A DNA stretch of 63,810 nt, counting the filler. It is 6 parts of 6 records of this genome, joined end to end, with 100 filler letters (N's around TTAATTAATTAA, not from the genome) between each part and the next. Parts side by side here need not be neighbours in the genome. Positions count along the whole stretch, not along the records: positions 47,338 to 53,531 come from SRR31156797_6797; positions 53,632 to 63,810 come from SRR31156797_6811; 4 more parts are not named here. One strand, written 5' to 3'. The position numbers and the translations under genes are program-made. The notes under the pieces were generated by a model. That model was not told the DNA's origin. It did no database searches and was given only the letters and a program-made list of their open reading frames with translations. Of this stretch, positions 49,467-59,527 are shown piece by piece (the first letter of the stretch is position 1; each line of letters begins with the position of its first letter).

Positions 49467-49853
49467 ATGATCGAGGCAGAAGGAAAAGTTTTTCAGTGGG
49501 AAAGTCCCGATAAAATCAGAGCCGATTTTCTGGAAACCTTTGATTTTGACAGTCCCAATCAATATATCAAAACCGAAACACGGGAATTCATCGCCGCATG
49601 TCCCTTCAGCGGCCTGCCCGATGTGGGCCGTCTGATTATCGAATATTACCCGGAAGGGGGTAGGTGTATCGAACTGAAATCGCTCAAATATTATGTCGTC
49701 AGTTTTAAAAACGTGGGCCTTTTTCAGGAGGGCGTCACCAGAAGGATTTATGACGATCTGAAAACGGTTTTGAAAACAAAACGGTTGAAAGTCACCACCA
49801 TTTACAATACTCGGGGTGGATTCGATACCACCTGTATGGAAGGAAACTTGTGA
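49467..49853 (+). CDS. queF: preQ1 synthase (7-cyano-7-deazaguanine reductase, short type)
   Basis: EF...CPFSGLPD catalytic Cys/Asp, QueF motif [23 protein letters not shown]. Confidence 0.9.
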   Translation: MIEAEGKVFQWESPDKIRADFLETFDFDSPNQYIKTETREFIAACPFSGLPDVGRLIIEYYPEGGRCIELKSLKYYVVSFKNVGLFQEGVTRRIYDDLKTVLKTKRLKVTTIYNTRGGFDTTCMEGNL

Positions 49854-49889
49854 GAGGTCTCTTAAAGAAAGGAACCAAGGGGTTCGTTT

Positions 49890-51137
49890 ATGAATCTTTT
49901 TTTGATCATCATTCTGATTATTCTCATTGGCGATTATGTGCTGGGGCTGGTAGTGGATGCCCTGAATGTCAAACACCTGAAAACCGATCTGCCCGAAACC
50001 TTCTCCGGTTATTACGACGGGGAAAAATATAGAAAATCCCAACAGTATCTCAAGGAAAACACACGATTTGAATTGATCACCGGTTCCATAACGACCCCTG
50101 CGATTATTGTTTTTATTCTGCTGGGAGGATTCAACTGGGTGGATCAATGGGCGCGAAGTTTGGAGTGGGGGCCCATTGCCACCGGGCTTGTCTTTGCCGC
50201 CATACTCCTGTTCGGGTCCCAGATCCTAAGCCTTCCCTTTTCCATCTACAGCACCTTTGTCATTGAGGAAAAATATGGATTTAACAAGACAACCCCAAAA
50301 ACCTTTGTGCTGGATCTTCTCAAGGGATGGTTGCTGGCCGTTGTCATCGGTGCCCCCGTGTTTTCAGCCGTTTTGTGGTTTTTCGGGCAAACCGGCACCA
50401 TGGCCTGGGTTTATTGCTGGGCGGCGCTCACGGGTATTCAAATTTTTCTCATGTTCATCGCTCCGGTGGTGATCATGCCTCTTTTTAATAAATTCGTTCC
50501 TCTGGAGGAGGGGGAATTGAAGACCGCCATTGAGGATTATGCCAAAAAGCAGGCGTTTAAAATGAAAGGCGTTTTCTCCATGGACGGATCCAAACGCTCC
50601 ACGAAATCCAACGCGTTTTTCACGGGGTTTGGTCGTTTCAGGCGCATTGTGCTGTTTGACACCCTTATTTCAAAGCATACCACCGAGGAACTGGTTTCCA
50701 TTCTGGCCCATGAAATGGGGCATTATAAGAAAAAACACATCTTGAAATCCATTATCATTTCCATCCTGTCAACCGGACTCATGTTTTATATTCTTTCCAT
50801 CTTCATGAACAACCAAGCGCTGTTCGGGGCTTTTCAAATGGATCATGTTTCCATTTATGCCTCCCTCTTCTTTTTCGGTTTTCTCTATGCCCCCATCGAG
50901 ATGATTCTCTCCATTTTCGGGAATATTTTATCCCGCCGGCACGAATATGAGGCCGATGCCTGGGCGGTCCGGACCTACCATCGACCCCAATCCATGATTT
51001 CGGCCCTCAAAAAGCTTAGCGTGGACAACCTCTCCAACTTGACGCCCCACCCCCTCAAGGTGTTTCTGTCCTACAGCCATCCGCCGGTTCTGGAACGGAT
51101 CCGCGCCATTCAGGGATTCAAAGGAACGTCCAGATGA
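49890..51137 (+). CDS. M48 (Ste24-like) membrane metallopeptidase
   Basis: IEEKYGFNK, DGSKRS.KSNAFFTG, HEMGH (HExxH), EYEAD, SHPP..ERI. Confidence 0.93.
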   Translation: MNLFLIIILIILIGDYVLGLVVDALNVKHLKTDLPETFSGYYDGEKYRKSQQYLKENTRFELITGSITTPAIIVFILLGGFNWVDQWARSLEWGPIATGLVFAAILLFGSQILSLPFSIYSTFVIEEKYGFNKTTPKTFVLDLLKGWLLAVVIGAPVFSAVLWFFGQTGTMAWVYCWAALTGIQIFLMFIAPVVIMPLFNKFVPLEEGELKTAIEDYAKKQAFKMKGVFSMDGSKRSTKSNAFFTGFGRFRRIVLFDTLISKHTTEELVSILAHEMGHYKKKHILKSIIISILSTGLMFYILSIFMNNQALFGAFQMDHVSIYASLFFFGFLYAPIEMILSIFGNILSRRHEYEADAWAVRTYHRPQSMISALKKLSVDNLSNLTPHPLKVFLSYSHPPVLERIRAIQGFKGTSR

Positions 51138-51146
51138 AATTGGAAT

Positions 51147-51992
51147 TCAACCCAACTCAAAGGTGGTAATCCCGAAAATCTCCTTTAACGGCAAAGGCGG
51201 CGGTGTTCGGTTATACATGCGGGCCGTTTCAAATACCACCTTCATATGATGCTTCTCGGCCAGGGCCACGGCGGCAGGGTTGATCTCGGGCACATCCAGG
51301 AAGATCGGGGCCCCTTTTTCCGCATGGCCCGAAAGGGACCGAAACAGGGCTTTTGCAGAGACCGGATCCGGCGCGAACAGGGGACCGATCTTGTAGCCCG
51401 CCCGGCAGGGGCGGAGCACCCCGTACCCCGCCAGACTGCCGTCTTGGCGTATGCCGAGGGCCGTGCTATGGGGCTGGCTGATCCAGCTCTTCAGAAACAC
51501 TTCCCTTTCCCCGGGGAAGAACCTGCCGTCGCAGGCATTGATTTCCTCAAGGGAGAGACGCGCCAAGGGCACAATGTCCGGATGATGAATCTGTTTGCCC
51601 CCGCCGACCCCTTCGTATCGGATGTTTCGATGGACCAGGGCAAAGCCCGCTTTCTTGTAATTCTCCTGCTGGGCCACCACGCCGTCAATGCCGATGGCCC
51701 GTCCTTGCAGATGCCTAAGGGCCCGCTGGCCGATCTCGAACCCGTAGCCCTTGCCCCGGTGCTCCGGCTTCACCATGAAAAAGCCGATGAACCCGAACCC
51801 TTTTCCGTATCGAACGGCGGAAATGGCGGAAACGGGCTCGTCGTTTAAAAATCCCATGAAGAACCCTTCCGGGTCCGCGGCATAAAAGGGATCGGCATCC
51901 TGAAGCCCCGGATTCCATCCCTCGGCAGCGGCCCAGTCCATGGCCAGGTCCAACTGTTTGCGGGTCATGGTTTTGATGTGATAGTCTTCCAT
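51147..51992 (-). CDS. Tandem-domain GNAT acetyltransferase (YitH-like)
   Basis: WAA.EGWNPG, V.PEHRGKGYG acetyl-CoA motif, KIGPLFA, FETARMY. Confidence 0.85.
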   Translation of the reverse strand: MEDYHIKTMTRKQLDLAMDWAAAEGWNPGLQDADPFYAADPEGFFMGFLNDEPVSAISAVRYGKGFGFIGFFMVKPEHRGKGYGFEIGQRALRHLQGRAIGIDGVVAQQENYKKAGFALVHRNIRYEGVGGGKQIHHPDIVPLARLSLEEINACDGRFFPGEREVFLKSWISQPHSTALGIRQDGSLAGYGVLRPCRAGYKIGPLFAPDPVSAKALFRSLSGHAEKGAPIFLDVPEINPAAVALAEKHHMKVVFETARMYNRTPPPLPLKEIFGITTFELG

Positions 51993-52991
51993 CTATTTCA
52001 TAGCCTGTTCAACCGCTACCGCCACCGCCACGGAGGCGCCCACCATGGGGTTGTTTCCCATGCCGATGAACCCCATCATCTCCACATGGGCGGGAACCGA
52101 AGAGGAGCCGGCAAACTGAGCATCCGAATGCATCCTGCCCATGGTATCGGTCATCCCGTAGGAGGCGGGGCCGGCGCCCATGTTGTCGGGGTGAAGGGTT
52201 CTTCCGGTGCCGCCGCCGGAAGCCACGGAAAAATATTTCTTGCCCTTCATTTGACATTCTTTCTTGTAGGTGCCGGCCACCGGGTGCTGAAACCGTGTGG
52301 GGTTGGTGGAATTACCCGTGATGGACACGTCCACCCCTTCATGGTGGTTGATGGCCACCCCTTCCCTTACGTCGTCGGCCCCGTAGCACTTCACCTCGGC
52401 CCGCTCACCTTTTGAGTACGGTGTTTCCTGGACGATTTGAAGGGTACCGGTGTCATAGTCGAATTTTGTGATCACATGGGTAAATCCGTTGATGCGGGAG
52501 ATAATGTGGGCCGCATCTTTCCCGAGCCCGTTTAAGATGACCCGTAAGGGGTCTTTTCGGGCTTTGTTGGCGGATTTGGCCAGACCGATGGCCCCTTCGG
52601 CAGCGGCAAAGGACTCATGCCCCGCCACAAAAGCAAAACAGTGGGTTTCTTCTTTCAGCAGCATGGACGCCAGGTTGCCGTGTCCCAGGCCCACCTTCCG
52701 GTCGTCCGCAACGGAACCGGGAATGCAGAAGGCCTGCAGCCCTACGCCTAGGGTTTCCGCGATTTCAGATGCCCTGCCCTGCCCTTTCTTGATGGCGATG
52801 GCCGCCCCCAACAGATAAGCCCAGCAGGCGTTTTCAAAACAGATGGGCTGAACATCCTTTACCACCCGGTATATATCCAATCCCTTTTCCTTGCAGATCG
52901 CCTCGGCCTCTTCCAGGGAGGTGATGTTATGCCCTTCCAGGGTAGAGGTGATCTGTTTGATCCGTCTGTCATATCCTTCAAAAAGTGCCAT
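51993..52991 (-). CDS. GGGtGRT-family protein (function unknown)
   Basis: Literal signature SVASGGGTGRTLHPD; QPICFENA, GHESFAAAEGAI. Confidence 0.9.
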   Translation of the reverse strand: MALFEGYDRRIKQITSTLEGHNITSLEEAEAICKEKGLDIYRVVKDVQPICFENACWAYLLGAAIAIKKGQGRASEIAETLGVGLQAFCIPGSVADDRKVGLGHGNLASMLLKEETHCFAFVAGHESFAAAEGAIGLAKSANKARKDPLRVILNGLGKDAAHIISRINGFTHVITKFDYDTGTLQIVQETPYSKGERAEVKCYGADDVREGVAINHHEGVDVSITGNSTNPTRFQHPVAGTYKKECQMKGKKYFSVASGGGTGRTLHPDNMGAGPASYGMTDTMGRMHSDAQFAGSSSVPAHVEMMGFIGMGNNPMVGASVAVAVAVEQAMK

Positions 52992-53003
52992 TGATTGATC
53001 CCC

Positions 53004-53531
53004 CTATCGGTGTCTCGGATTGATGGTTTGAGCTGCATCCTGAAAGCGGCCGTAGGTTCCCGTGGCCTTTTTGAGGGCATCATTTGCATCCATGCCCTTT
53101 TCGATCAGGTCCATCATGATGCCCATTTGAACAAATTCATATCCGATGATCTCATGGTTTTCATCCAGGGCGATTTTTTTGACGTATCCTTCGGCCATTT
53201 CAAGGTATCGGGCGCCTTTGGCATTTGTGCCGTACATGGTGCCCACGACGCTTCGAAACCCTTTCCCCAGGTCTTCCAACCCCGCACCGATGGGAAGTCC
53301 CCCTTCTGAAAAAGCGGTTTGGGACCTTCCGTAAACGATCTGCAGAAAAAGTTCCCGCATGGCCACATTGATGGCGTCGCACACCAGATCCGTGTTCAGG
53401 GCCTCTAAAATTGTCTTTCCCGGAAGGATTTCCGCTGCCATGGCCGCGGAATGGGTCATCCCCGTACATCCGAGGGTTTCCACCAGGGCTTCTTCAATAA
53501 TGCCGTTTTTCACATTCAATGTGAGCTTGCT
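53004..53531 (-). CDS. NifU/IscU-like protein partnered with GGGtGRT, 5'-truncated
   Basis: KLTLNVK.G.I.EALVET.GC.GMTHSAAMA.E.L.GKT..EALNTDLVCDAIN; conserved Cys residues; adjacent to GGGtGRT. Confidence 0.8.
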   Translation of the reverse strand, partial: SKLTLNVKNGIIEEALVETLGCTGMTHSAAMAAEILPGKTILEALNTDLVCDAINVAMRELFLQIVYGRSQTAFSEGGLPIGAGLEDLGKGFRSVVGTMYGTNAKGARYLEMAEGYVKKIALDENHEIIGYEFVQMGIMMDLIEKGMDANDALKKATGTYGRFQDAAQTINPRHR

Positions 53532-53631
53532 NNNNNNNNNNNNNNNNNNNNNNNNNNNNNNNNNNNNNNNNNNNNTTAATTAATTAANNNNNNNNNNNNN
53601 NNNNNNNNNNNNNNNNNNNNNNNNNNNNNNN
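53532..53631. other. Artificial contig linker
   Basis: N44-TTAATTAATTAA-N44. Confidence 0.99.
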
Positions 53632-53666
53632 AAAGAGATTGGGAAAAATAACCATTTATGGTGTTT

Positions 53667-55388
53667 TTAAACCATAACAGTAGAAAGGGCCTCTTCAATG
53701 GTCGTAATCCCCTGCCTTATCTTGTCGGCCGCATCATCCTTCAATGTTTTCAGCTTGCCGCTTTCCCGTGATACGCGGGTTATTTCGCTTGCCGAAACCC
53801 TGTCCAGAATCATATCCTCTATTTGATCATCAATAACCAAGACCTCAAATATACCGGTCCGGCCCCTGTACCCTGTATTCATGCAGTGGTAGCAGCCCTT
53901 GCCCCGCATGAATTCTACGCCCTCAGACTTGTCTATGCCGAAGAAATTCATGGCTTGTTCCGGGGGGTTATACTGCTCCTTGCAATCCGGGCATACTTTC
54001 CTTACCAACCTTTGAGCAAAAGAAACCAGCATAACCGACGCTACCAGAAACGGCTCAATACCCATGTCTATAAACCTGGTAATAGCGCCGGCCGCATCAT
54101 TTGTGTGCACCGTACTCAAAACCCGGTGGCCGGTCAAGGCGGCCTGGACGCCTATCGAAGCGGTTTCCGAGTCACGAATCTCGCCCACCATTATCACGTC
54201 CGGGTCCTGGCGGAGTATGGAACGAAGGCCGCCGGCAAAAGTCATGCCCGCCTTTCTGTTCAACTGCACCTGGCGGATGCCCTCCACGCGGTATTCAACA
54301 GGATCTTCAAGAGTGATAATGTTTGTATCAGGTTGGTTAATCTCCTTCAATATCGAATACAGCGAGGTGCTCTTTCCGCTTCCGGTTGGGCCCGTACTCA
54401 AAATCATGCCGTAAGGCTTTCTGATCATCGGCCCTATTTTATCCATATCCGGCTGGTTCATTCCCAGTCTATCCAGAGAATAAACACCCGCGCTCATATT
54501 CAAAAGACGCATGACCACGTTTTCACCATATATGGTCGGTATGGTGGAAACGCGAACGTTAATTTCACTATGCCCCATGTTTACGGTGAAACGGCCGTCC
54601 TGCGGTATACGCGAAACAGCAATATCCAGGTTGCTTAAAATCTTCAATCTCGAAACTATGGGCAGAAATTTCGTCTTGGGCGGCGCGGGTACGTTTTGCA
54701 GCTTGCCGTCAACCCTGAACCTGACGCTTACAAAATCCTTTTCCGGGCTTATATGAACGTCGCTGGCCCCTTCGCGAACCGCCTGGGTCAGAATGCTGTT
54801 AACAAATCTAATTACGGGCGCTTCTTCAGCCATGTCTTCCAGGCTGCTTACCTGCAAATCGCCCGCCGCGGTTTCCGGTTGCACCTCCGCCTCATCCTCA
54901 TGCTCTATGCGCACGTCTTCCATGTCTTCCAGAACGCCGCCGTAATTGGAATACTTGCCGTACATGGCGCTGAAAAGACTGTTATACTGCTGCTCAGTGC
55001 AGATTACCGGTTCAACTTCGCAGTTGATCATCCTTTCCAAAGAATCCCGGGCGATAATGTCGGTCGGATCGGGCATGGCCACGAGTAAAAGCGATCCCTT
55101 TTTCATCAACGGCACAACCTGGTTCTTCTGAGCAATTTCCGCGTTCATAATATCGGCCAGGTGCATTTCCACTGAATATTCATTCGGGTTGTATTTTTCA
55201 ACCTTCAACTGCTGTGATACAGTATCCACAATCTGGTTTTCATTCACAATTCCATTGCGGATAAGGAATTGCCCCAGCTTCATCCTGGATTTCTTCGCTT
55301 CCGCCAGAGCCTGTCTCAGCCTATCCTCGGTTAAGAAACCGGCCTCGATGAGCATTTCCCCTAATCTTTTTCTTTCTCTCAATTTCAC
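53667..55388 (-). CDS. PilB/GspE-family extension ATPase with N-terminal MshEN-like domain
   Basis: RLGEML..AG, ASDVH, PQDGR, Walker A GPTGSGKS, EDPVE, LRQDPD..MVGEIRD, CPDC/CYHC Zn site. Confidence 0.93.
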   Translation of the reverse strand: MKLRERKRLGEMLIEAGFLTEDRLRQALAEAKKSRMKLGQFLIRNGIVNENQIVDTVSQQLKVEKYNPNEYSVEMHLADIMNAEIAQKNQVVPLMKKGSLLLVAMPDPTDIIARDSLERMINCEVEPVICTEQQYNSLFSAMYGKYSNYGGVLEDMEDVRIEHEDEAEVQPETAAGDLQVSSLEDMAEEAPVIRFVNSILTQAVREGASDVHISPEKDFVSVRFRVDGKLQNVPAPPKTKFLPIVSRLKILSNLDIAVSRIPQDGRFTVNMGHSEINVRVSTIPTIYGENVVMRLLNMSAGVYSLDRLGMNQPDMDKIGPMIRKPYGMILSTGPTGSGKSTSLYSILKEINQPDTNIITLEDPVEYRVEGIRQVQLNRKAGMTFAGGLRSILRQDPDVIMVGEIRDSETASIGVQAALTGHRVLSTVHTNDAAGAITRFIDMGIEPFLVASVMLVSFAQRLVRKVCPDCKEQYNPPEQAMNFFGIDKSEGVEFMRGKGCYHCMNTGYRGRTGIFEVLVIDDQIEDMILDRVSASEITRVSRESGKLKTLKDDAADKIRQGITTIEEALSTVMV

Positions 55389-55407
55389 ACCCTTAACAAT
55401 TTGGATT

Positions 55408-57162
55408 CTACTGGTTCAGTTGAAATACATCCGCATAGAATAACGATTCCTCGTTCCAAAGGGATGAAGCTTCGGCCCTGGCCGCGACCTGCCCCGGCAG
55501 TTTGTTTATAGCCAGTTTCGCGGATTCAACGTCCATAAAATATTCCCAAAGCACTACCTGGAAACTCAAGCCGTCCTGCTCGCTCCATACAGGAACAATC
55601 CTCAGGTTATACGAGAGTTCCGGGTAGGTCCTTACAAAATCAAAAGCCGGATCAAGACCATTATAACTGCTTAACACAACCCAAAAATTCTTACCTCTTA
55701 CAGGCCTGATATCAGCTTCAACAGCAGGAAAATAGATCATGCGGTTTACAGGTATCTTCTCGATATCTGTAATATGCGGGTTGTGCCTCATCACCCGGTC
55801 AAGTATCTCATGGTTATAAACGCCATAAACCCTTCTTATCATACCGGATAATGTCTGGCCTCTCTTTATTCTAGACTCCCCGAGCATTGCAGGAGGTTCT
55901 CGTTTTACAACCGGCTCTTCCAATGCAGCGACCTTTTGCGGCTCGCCGGATGCATCCTGAAAGACCGCCTCTTTGTTACTTGCCAGAGAAACAACCTCGT
56001 CAGCAGCCGGCTCGGAAGAGACCGGATGGTCCATTTGACCCCACGCCGGCGGAACCAGACCTGTCGGCTCTTCCTTTACTTCAACATCCGCGGGTTTTAT
56101 CCCTGCCGGCGGTTCTTCCTTAATCCCAACCGCCGGCTTGGCGCTCTCATTGTTCACCTTCTTGACTATTGATGAACTCACCACCGGAGCGGGTTCATCA
56201 GACCTGGAAAACCTGCTGATTATTACATCGGCACTAAATGGAACTTTAATCCCCGGAACCAGATCAAAAACAATTGCACCCGCAACCAGAACAACTAAAA
56301 ACGCAAGACCGGCCGCACGCCGCATTACCATGGATCGGCCTGGAGCAACGTTCTTCGCGCAATTTCTTACCAAAAACCAGTCAATTTTGGTCCGCTTTTC
56401 AATAATCACCGCCAAGGTGCACAAGTGGCAAAGATTGATTATTTTACGCGGAAATCCACCCGTGGCCTTGTAAACCGCCCAATAACCGCCGGACGTGAAC
56501 AAGCTCGAAGCTCCAGGGCTCTGGCTTGAATGCTCCAGCCTGAACCTGATCATTTCCCGTGTGTCCTGAAAATTCAGCGGCTGCAGCAAATGATATAAAT
56601 TAATTCTGTCCGCGAAATTAGCCAACCGGCGAATAGTTACGTCAAACTCCTTTTGAGCGAAAATCACGATTTGAAGGAGCTTGTATTCATTGGTCTCGTA
56701 ATTTAAAAATTCCCTTAAAATTTCCAGACAGTAAACCGGTATCTTCTGGCCCTCGTCCACTATCAGAACGACCGTCTTGTTGTCTTCAACACCCCTGCGG
56801 AATAGATACTTTTTTATTTCTTCCTTAATCTGCCAGTCGCCGTCCGTCTCTTCGGGCCTTTGCCCCAAAAACATCTCGGCTACCTTGGCCAAAAAATCCG
56901 TTGCATTGTCAAAACTGGGATCAAGAACCAAATGGGTCTCTAATTCGTCGTCCCCGGCCAGACGGCGGATCATCTGACGGCAAAGCGTGGTTTTTCCCGA
57001 CCCTACTTCGCCGATAACAACATTCAAACCGCGACGCAGGCGTATGGATACTTCAAGCTTCTGCAAACAGCCGTAATGCTGTCGGGACTGAAAAAAAAAC
57101 TCCGGGTCCGGGGTGTTGGAAAACGGCTCCCTGCTCAGATTGAGAGCTTTTAAATAATTCAT
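55408..57162 (-). CDS. ExeA/GspA-like AAA ATPase with TM, LysM and SPOR-like C-terminus
   Basis: PF..TPDP.FFF, GEVGSGKTT, LIVDEGQ, GFPR.IN.LC; TM; LysM-like IKRGQTLS...NPHI.D...I. Confidence 0.85.
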   Translation of the reverse strand: MNYLKALNLSREPFSNTPDPEFFFQSRQHYGCLQKLEVSIRLRRGLNVVIGEVGSGKTTLCRQMIRRLAGDDELETHLVLDPSFDNATDFLAKVAEMFLGQRPEETDGDWQIKEEIKKYLFRRGVEDNKTVVLIVDEGQKIPVYCLEILREFLNYETNEYKLLQIVIFAQKEFDVTIRRLANFADRINLYHLLQPLNFQDTREMIRFRLEHSSQSPGASSLFTSGGYWAVYKATGGFPRKIINLCHLCTLAVIIEKRTKIDWFLVRNCAKNVAPGRSMVMRRAAGLAFLVVLVAGAIVFDLVPGIKVPFSADVIISRFSRSDEPAPVVSSSIVKKVNNESAKPAVGIKEEPPAGIKPADVEVKEEPTGLVPPAWGQMDHPVSSEPAADEVVSLASNKEAVFQDASGEPQKVAALEEPVVKREPPAMLGESRIKRGQTLSGMIRRVYGVYNHEILDRVMRHNPHITDIEKIPVNRMIYFPAVEADIRPVRGKNFWVVLSSYNGLDPAFDFVRTYPELSYNLRIVPVWSEQDGLSFQVVLWEYFMDVESAKLAINKLPGQVAARAEASSLWNEESLFYADVFQLNQ

Positions 57163-57345
57163 GGTACCTTATAAGACTCGCTTCCTTGCCTGACAGTATA
57201 ATCGTTGTCAGGTTCTGACAAGTCGTCTCAAGACGGATGTAAAAACCAAGCCGTCTCAAAGTATGCATAAGGCCCAATACCTCTATAGAAATCGGGCCCA
57301 ATATCTATGTATGAAACGCCTTGCCGCGCACCGGCACAGCCGCCC

Positions 57346-58911
57346 TTAGTTGGTCGAGCCCGCGTTCACCCCCACCGTCACGTCTTCCCCTTGCCTCTGC
57401 TTCAGCACGTAAGGGGTTATGAATATCAACAGTTCTTCCAGGTTTGTAGAATCGGAATCTGTCTTAAAAAGCCATCCCAGAATCGGAATGTCCTTCAAGC
57501 CTGGTATGCCCGAATCCGAATCCCGCATTGTTTCCCTGTTCAAACCGCCGATAACCGTTGTCTCGCCGTTCATCAACACAACATTGGTTTCGGCGTTCTT
57601 GGTCAGGATAGTCGGGTTGCCCAAAACAGTATTCGTAAAGTCAAGCTCGTCTTTTTTCGTCTGAATGGTCAACTTTAGTATCTCGCCGTCAATAACATGC
57701 GGCGTCACCTCGAGCAGCATGGTCGCTTTTTTCCATTCAATAACTATTTTTCCGTTTTCATCCACCGTCTGGAATGGAACTTCCTTACCGCTCTCGATTA
57801 TGGCTTCCTGGTTGTCCAGGGTTGTTACGGACGGGCTGGAAAGAATGTTCAGCTTGCCGTCGGTTTGTAATGCATTTAGCTGGGCCTGCAGCATGTTGCC
57901 GCCGATTGTTCCAACCATCCACCCAAGACTGAAGTTCGGGCCCGTGGCAATGTCGTTAACCAGGTTGGCATTCGGAAAGTTGGCCGCCCAACCGCTGACC
58001 GGGGGAGCAACGCCCACGCCTCCCGTGCCTGAATTCGCGGCCAGGCCGTTGGCGCCCGGGTACACCCACTGGTTTCCATCCTTGTACAAACCGCCCCATT
58101 GGACGCCCAACTCCCGGGCCGTCTCCTTGGTGGCTTCCACAATGTGAGCCTCTATATGCACCTGGGACGTCGGCTGGTCAATGGCCTCTATAACAGGCAG
58201 CAACCGTTGAATATCCTCTAAAGAAGCCTGGATGATCAAGGCGTTGTTATGAGGGTCCACCAATACCGTGCCGGTTTTCATGGCCGCGGCCTCGCCTTCG
58301 GCGTCTATCTCCTCCGCGCTGTACGAAGTCAAAACAGCCTGGATGTTCTTCTGCATCTGAGCCGCATCGGCCCACTCAATAGGAACGATCAGAGTCCGGA
58401 TATCTCTCTTTTTCTCTGTCTGCCGGTCTTCAACCCTCATTATCCGGATAATGTTGCCTTCCCAGGCATACGTAAGGTTCTGGCTGTTCAAAATACCGGT
58501 AAAAACATCGTCCCAGGCCACATTCTTGACATCAACGGTGACTTTACCCGAAACTGCTTCATTTATAAGAATATTCTGGTCCACAGCCCTGGCAATGGCC
58601 CGTAAAACCATGGAAACTTCCATATCCCGCAGTTTTACCGTGATTTTCCTCTTGGGCAAAGGCTTTACCGGCCCGACCTTCAATTCCTTGCGCAGGTCGT
58701 ACCCCAGGCTCTTTTTGTCATCCAGCCCTCTTTTCTTCTTGGGGGTCGGCGTGAATCCCTTGGACTTTTCCGCCGTATCCTTCCACTTGTCAAACCAGGG
58801 ATTTTCAAACTTGCTCGCCCTGTCCCTGGCGCACCCGGAAAAAACAAGGCCGATTGATATCATTAAAACGATTACACAGGCGGCTATTCTGCTATTTCTA
58901 TTGCCCTTCAT
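57346..58911 (-). CDS. pilQ: PilQ-type secretin (probable lipoprotein, no AMIN domains)
   Basis: Lipobox-like LVFSGC; N0/N3 domains; QVHIEAHIVE, ILSSP..TLDNQEA.I.SG, LEVTPH, IPGLKDIP.LGWLF, ELLIFITP. Confidence 0.88.
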   Translation of the reverse strand: MKGNRNSRIAACVIVLMISIGLVFSGCARDRASKFENPWFDKWKDTAEKSKGFTPTPKKKRGLDDKKSLGYDLRKELKVGPVKPLPKRKITVKLRDMEVSMVLRAIARAVDQNILINEAVSGKVTVDVKNVAWDDVFTGILNSQNLTYAWEGNIIRIMRVEDRQTEKKRDIRTLIVPIEWADAAQMQKNIQAVLTSYSAEEIDAEGEAAAMKTGTVLVDPHNNALIIQASLEDIQRLLPVIEAIDQPTSQVHIEAHIVEATKETARELGVQWGGLYKDGNQWVYPGANGLAANSGTGGVGVAPPVSGWAANFPNANLVNDIATGPNFSLGWMVGTIGGNMLQAQLNALQTDGKLNILSSPSVTTLDNQEAIIESGKEVPFQTVDENGKIVIEWKKATMLLEVTPHVIDGEILKLTIQTKKDELDFTNTVLGNPTILTKNAETNVVLMNGETTVIGGLNRETMRDSDSGIPGLKDIPILGWLFKTDSDSTNLEELLIFITPYVLKQRQGEDVTVGVNAGSTN

Positions 58912-58924
58912 ATTCCCATCCAGT

Positions 58925-59473
58925 CTAAAACTCGGTTTCTTCCAAAGGTATTATTACTTTCGACGTTGATCCTTCTCTGCCAATCACAACCTGGATTGGT
59001 GTAATACTCTTGACAATATATCCACCTTCCTGATCCAGTCTCTCGCCTTCTTCATACTCAACCCCGTTTATCACCGCCAGGCTTTTAGAACCAGCAGTCA
59101 AATATCCGGAATACGTCAACCCCAGATCCTGGTTGGTGAATTCAGGCGTCTCTTCCTGAACCTTTTCAGCCTCAAAATTGATCAATGATTCCTTTTCCAT
59201 AAAAGGATCGCTGCTCCAGTCGGCCGAAGCCCTGGCCACTATGTAAGGCGCGACAGCCGACGCCATTTTCCTCTTGGCCAGTTTTGCCATAATATCGGCC
59301 GCAAATGCCTGCACTTCAGAAACCCGATCCTGGGCGGCCACAGCCGCTTTCTGCCCGGATTTGTCATCCTTGGACTCGAAAAATAGAGAATAAACTCCGT
59401 AAATCGCCACCAGAATCGTCAGGCTTATTATTATTTTTTCCCTGTTTGACATCTCGGTATGTTCCGTCCCCAA
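58925..59473 (-). CDS. PilP/GspB-like pilus assembly protein
   Basis: N-terminal TM, DPF motif, C-terminal L..SGY.....LAVING..Y..GE; lies between PilO and the secretin. Confidence 0.6.
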   Translation of the reverse strand: MGTEHTEMSNREKIIISLTILVAIYGVYSLFFESKDDKSGQKAAVAAQDRVSEVQAFAADIMAKLAKRKMASAVAPYIVARASADWSSDPFMEKESLINFEAEKVQEETPEFTNQDLGLTYSGYLTAGSKSLAVINGVEYEEGERLDQEGGYIVKSITPIQVVIGREGSTSKVIIPLEETEF

Positions 59474-59527
59474 TTCTGTATTGGAATCCCGTTAATCATC
59501 GGATACCTCATGCAACCCTTCCCGTCC

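Noticed and set aside
45641-49853. A tRNA-modification or deazaguanine DNA-modification link between the desulfurase/PAPS genes and queF
   Set aside because: They lie on different contigs, separated by a linker and with different composition
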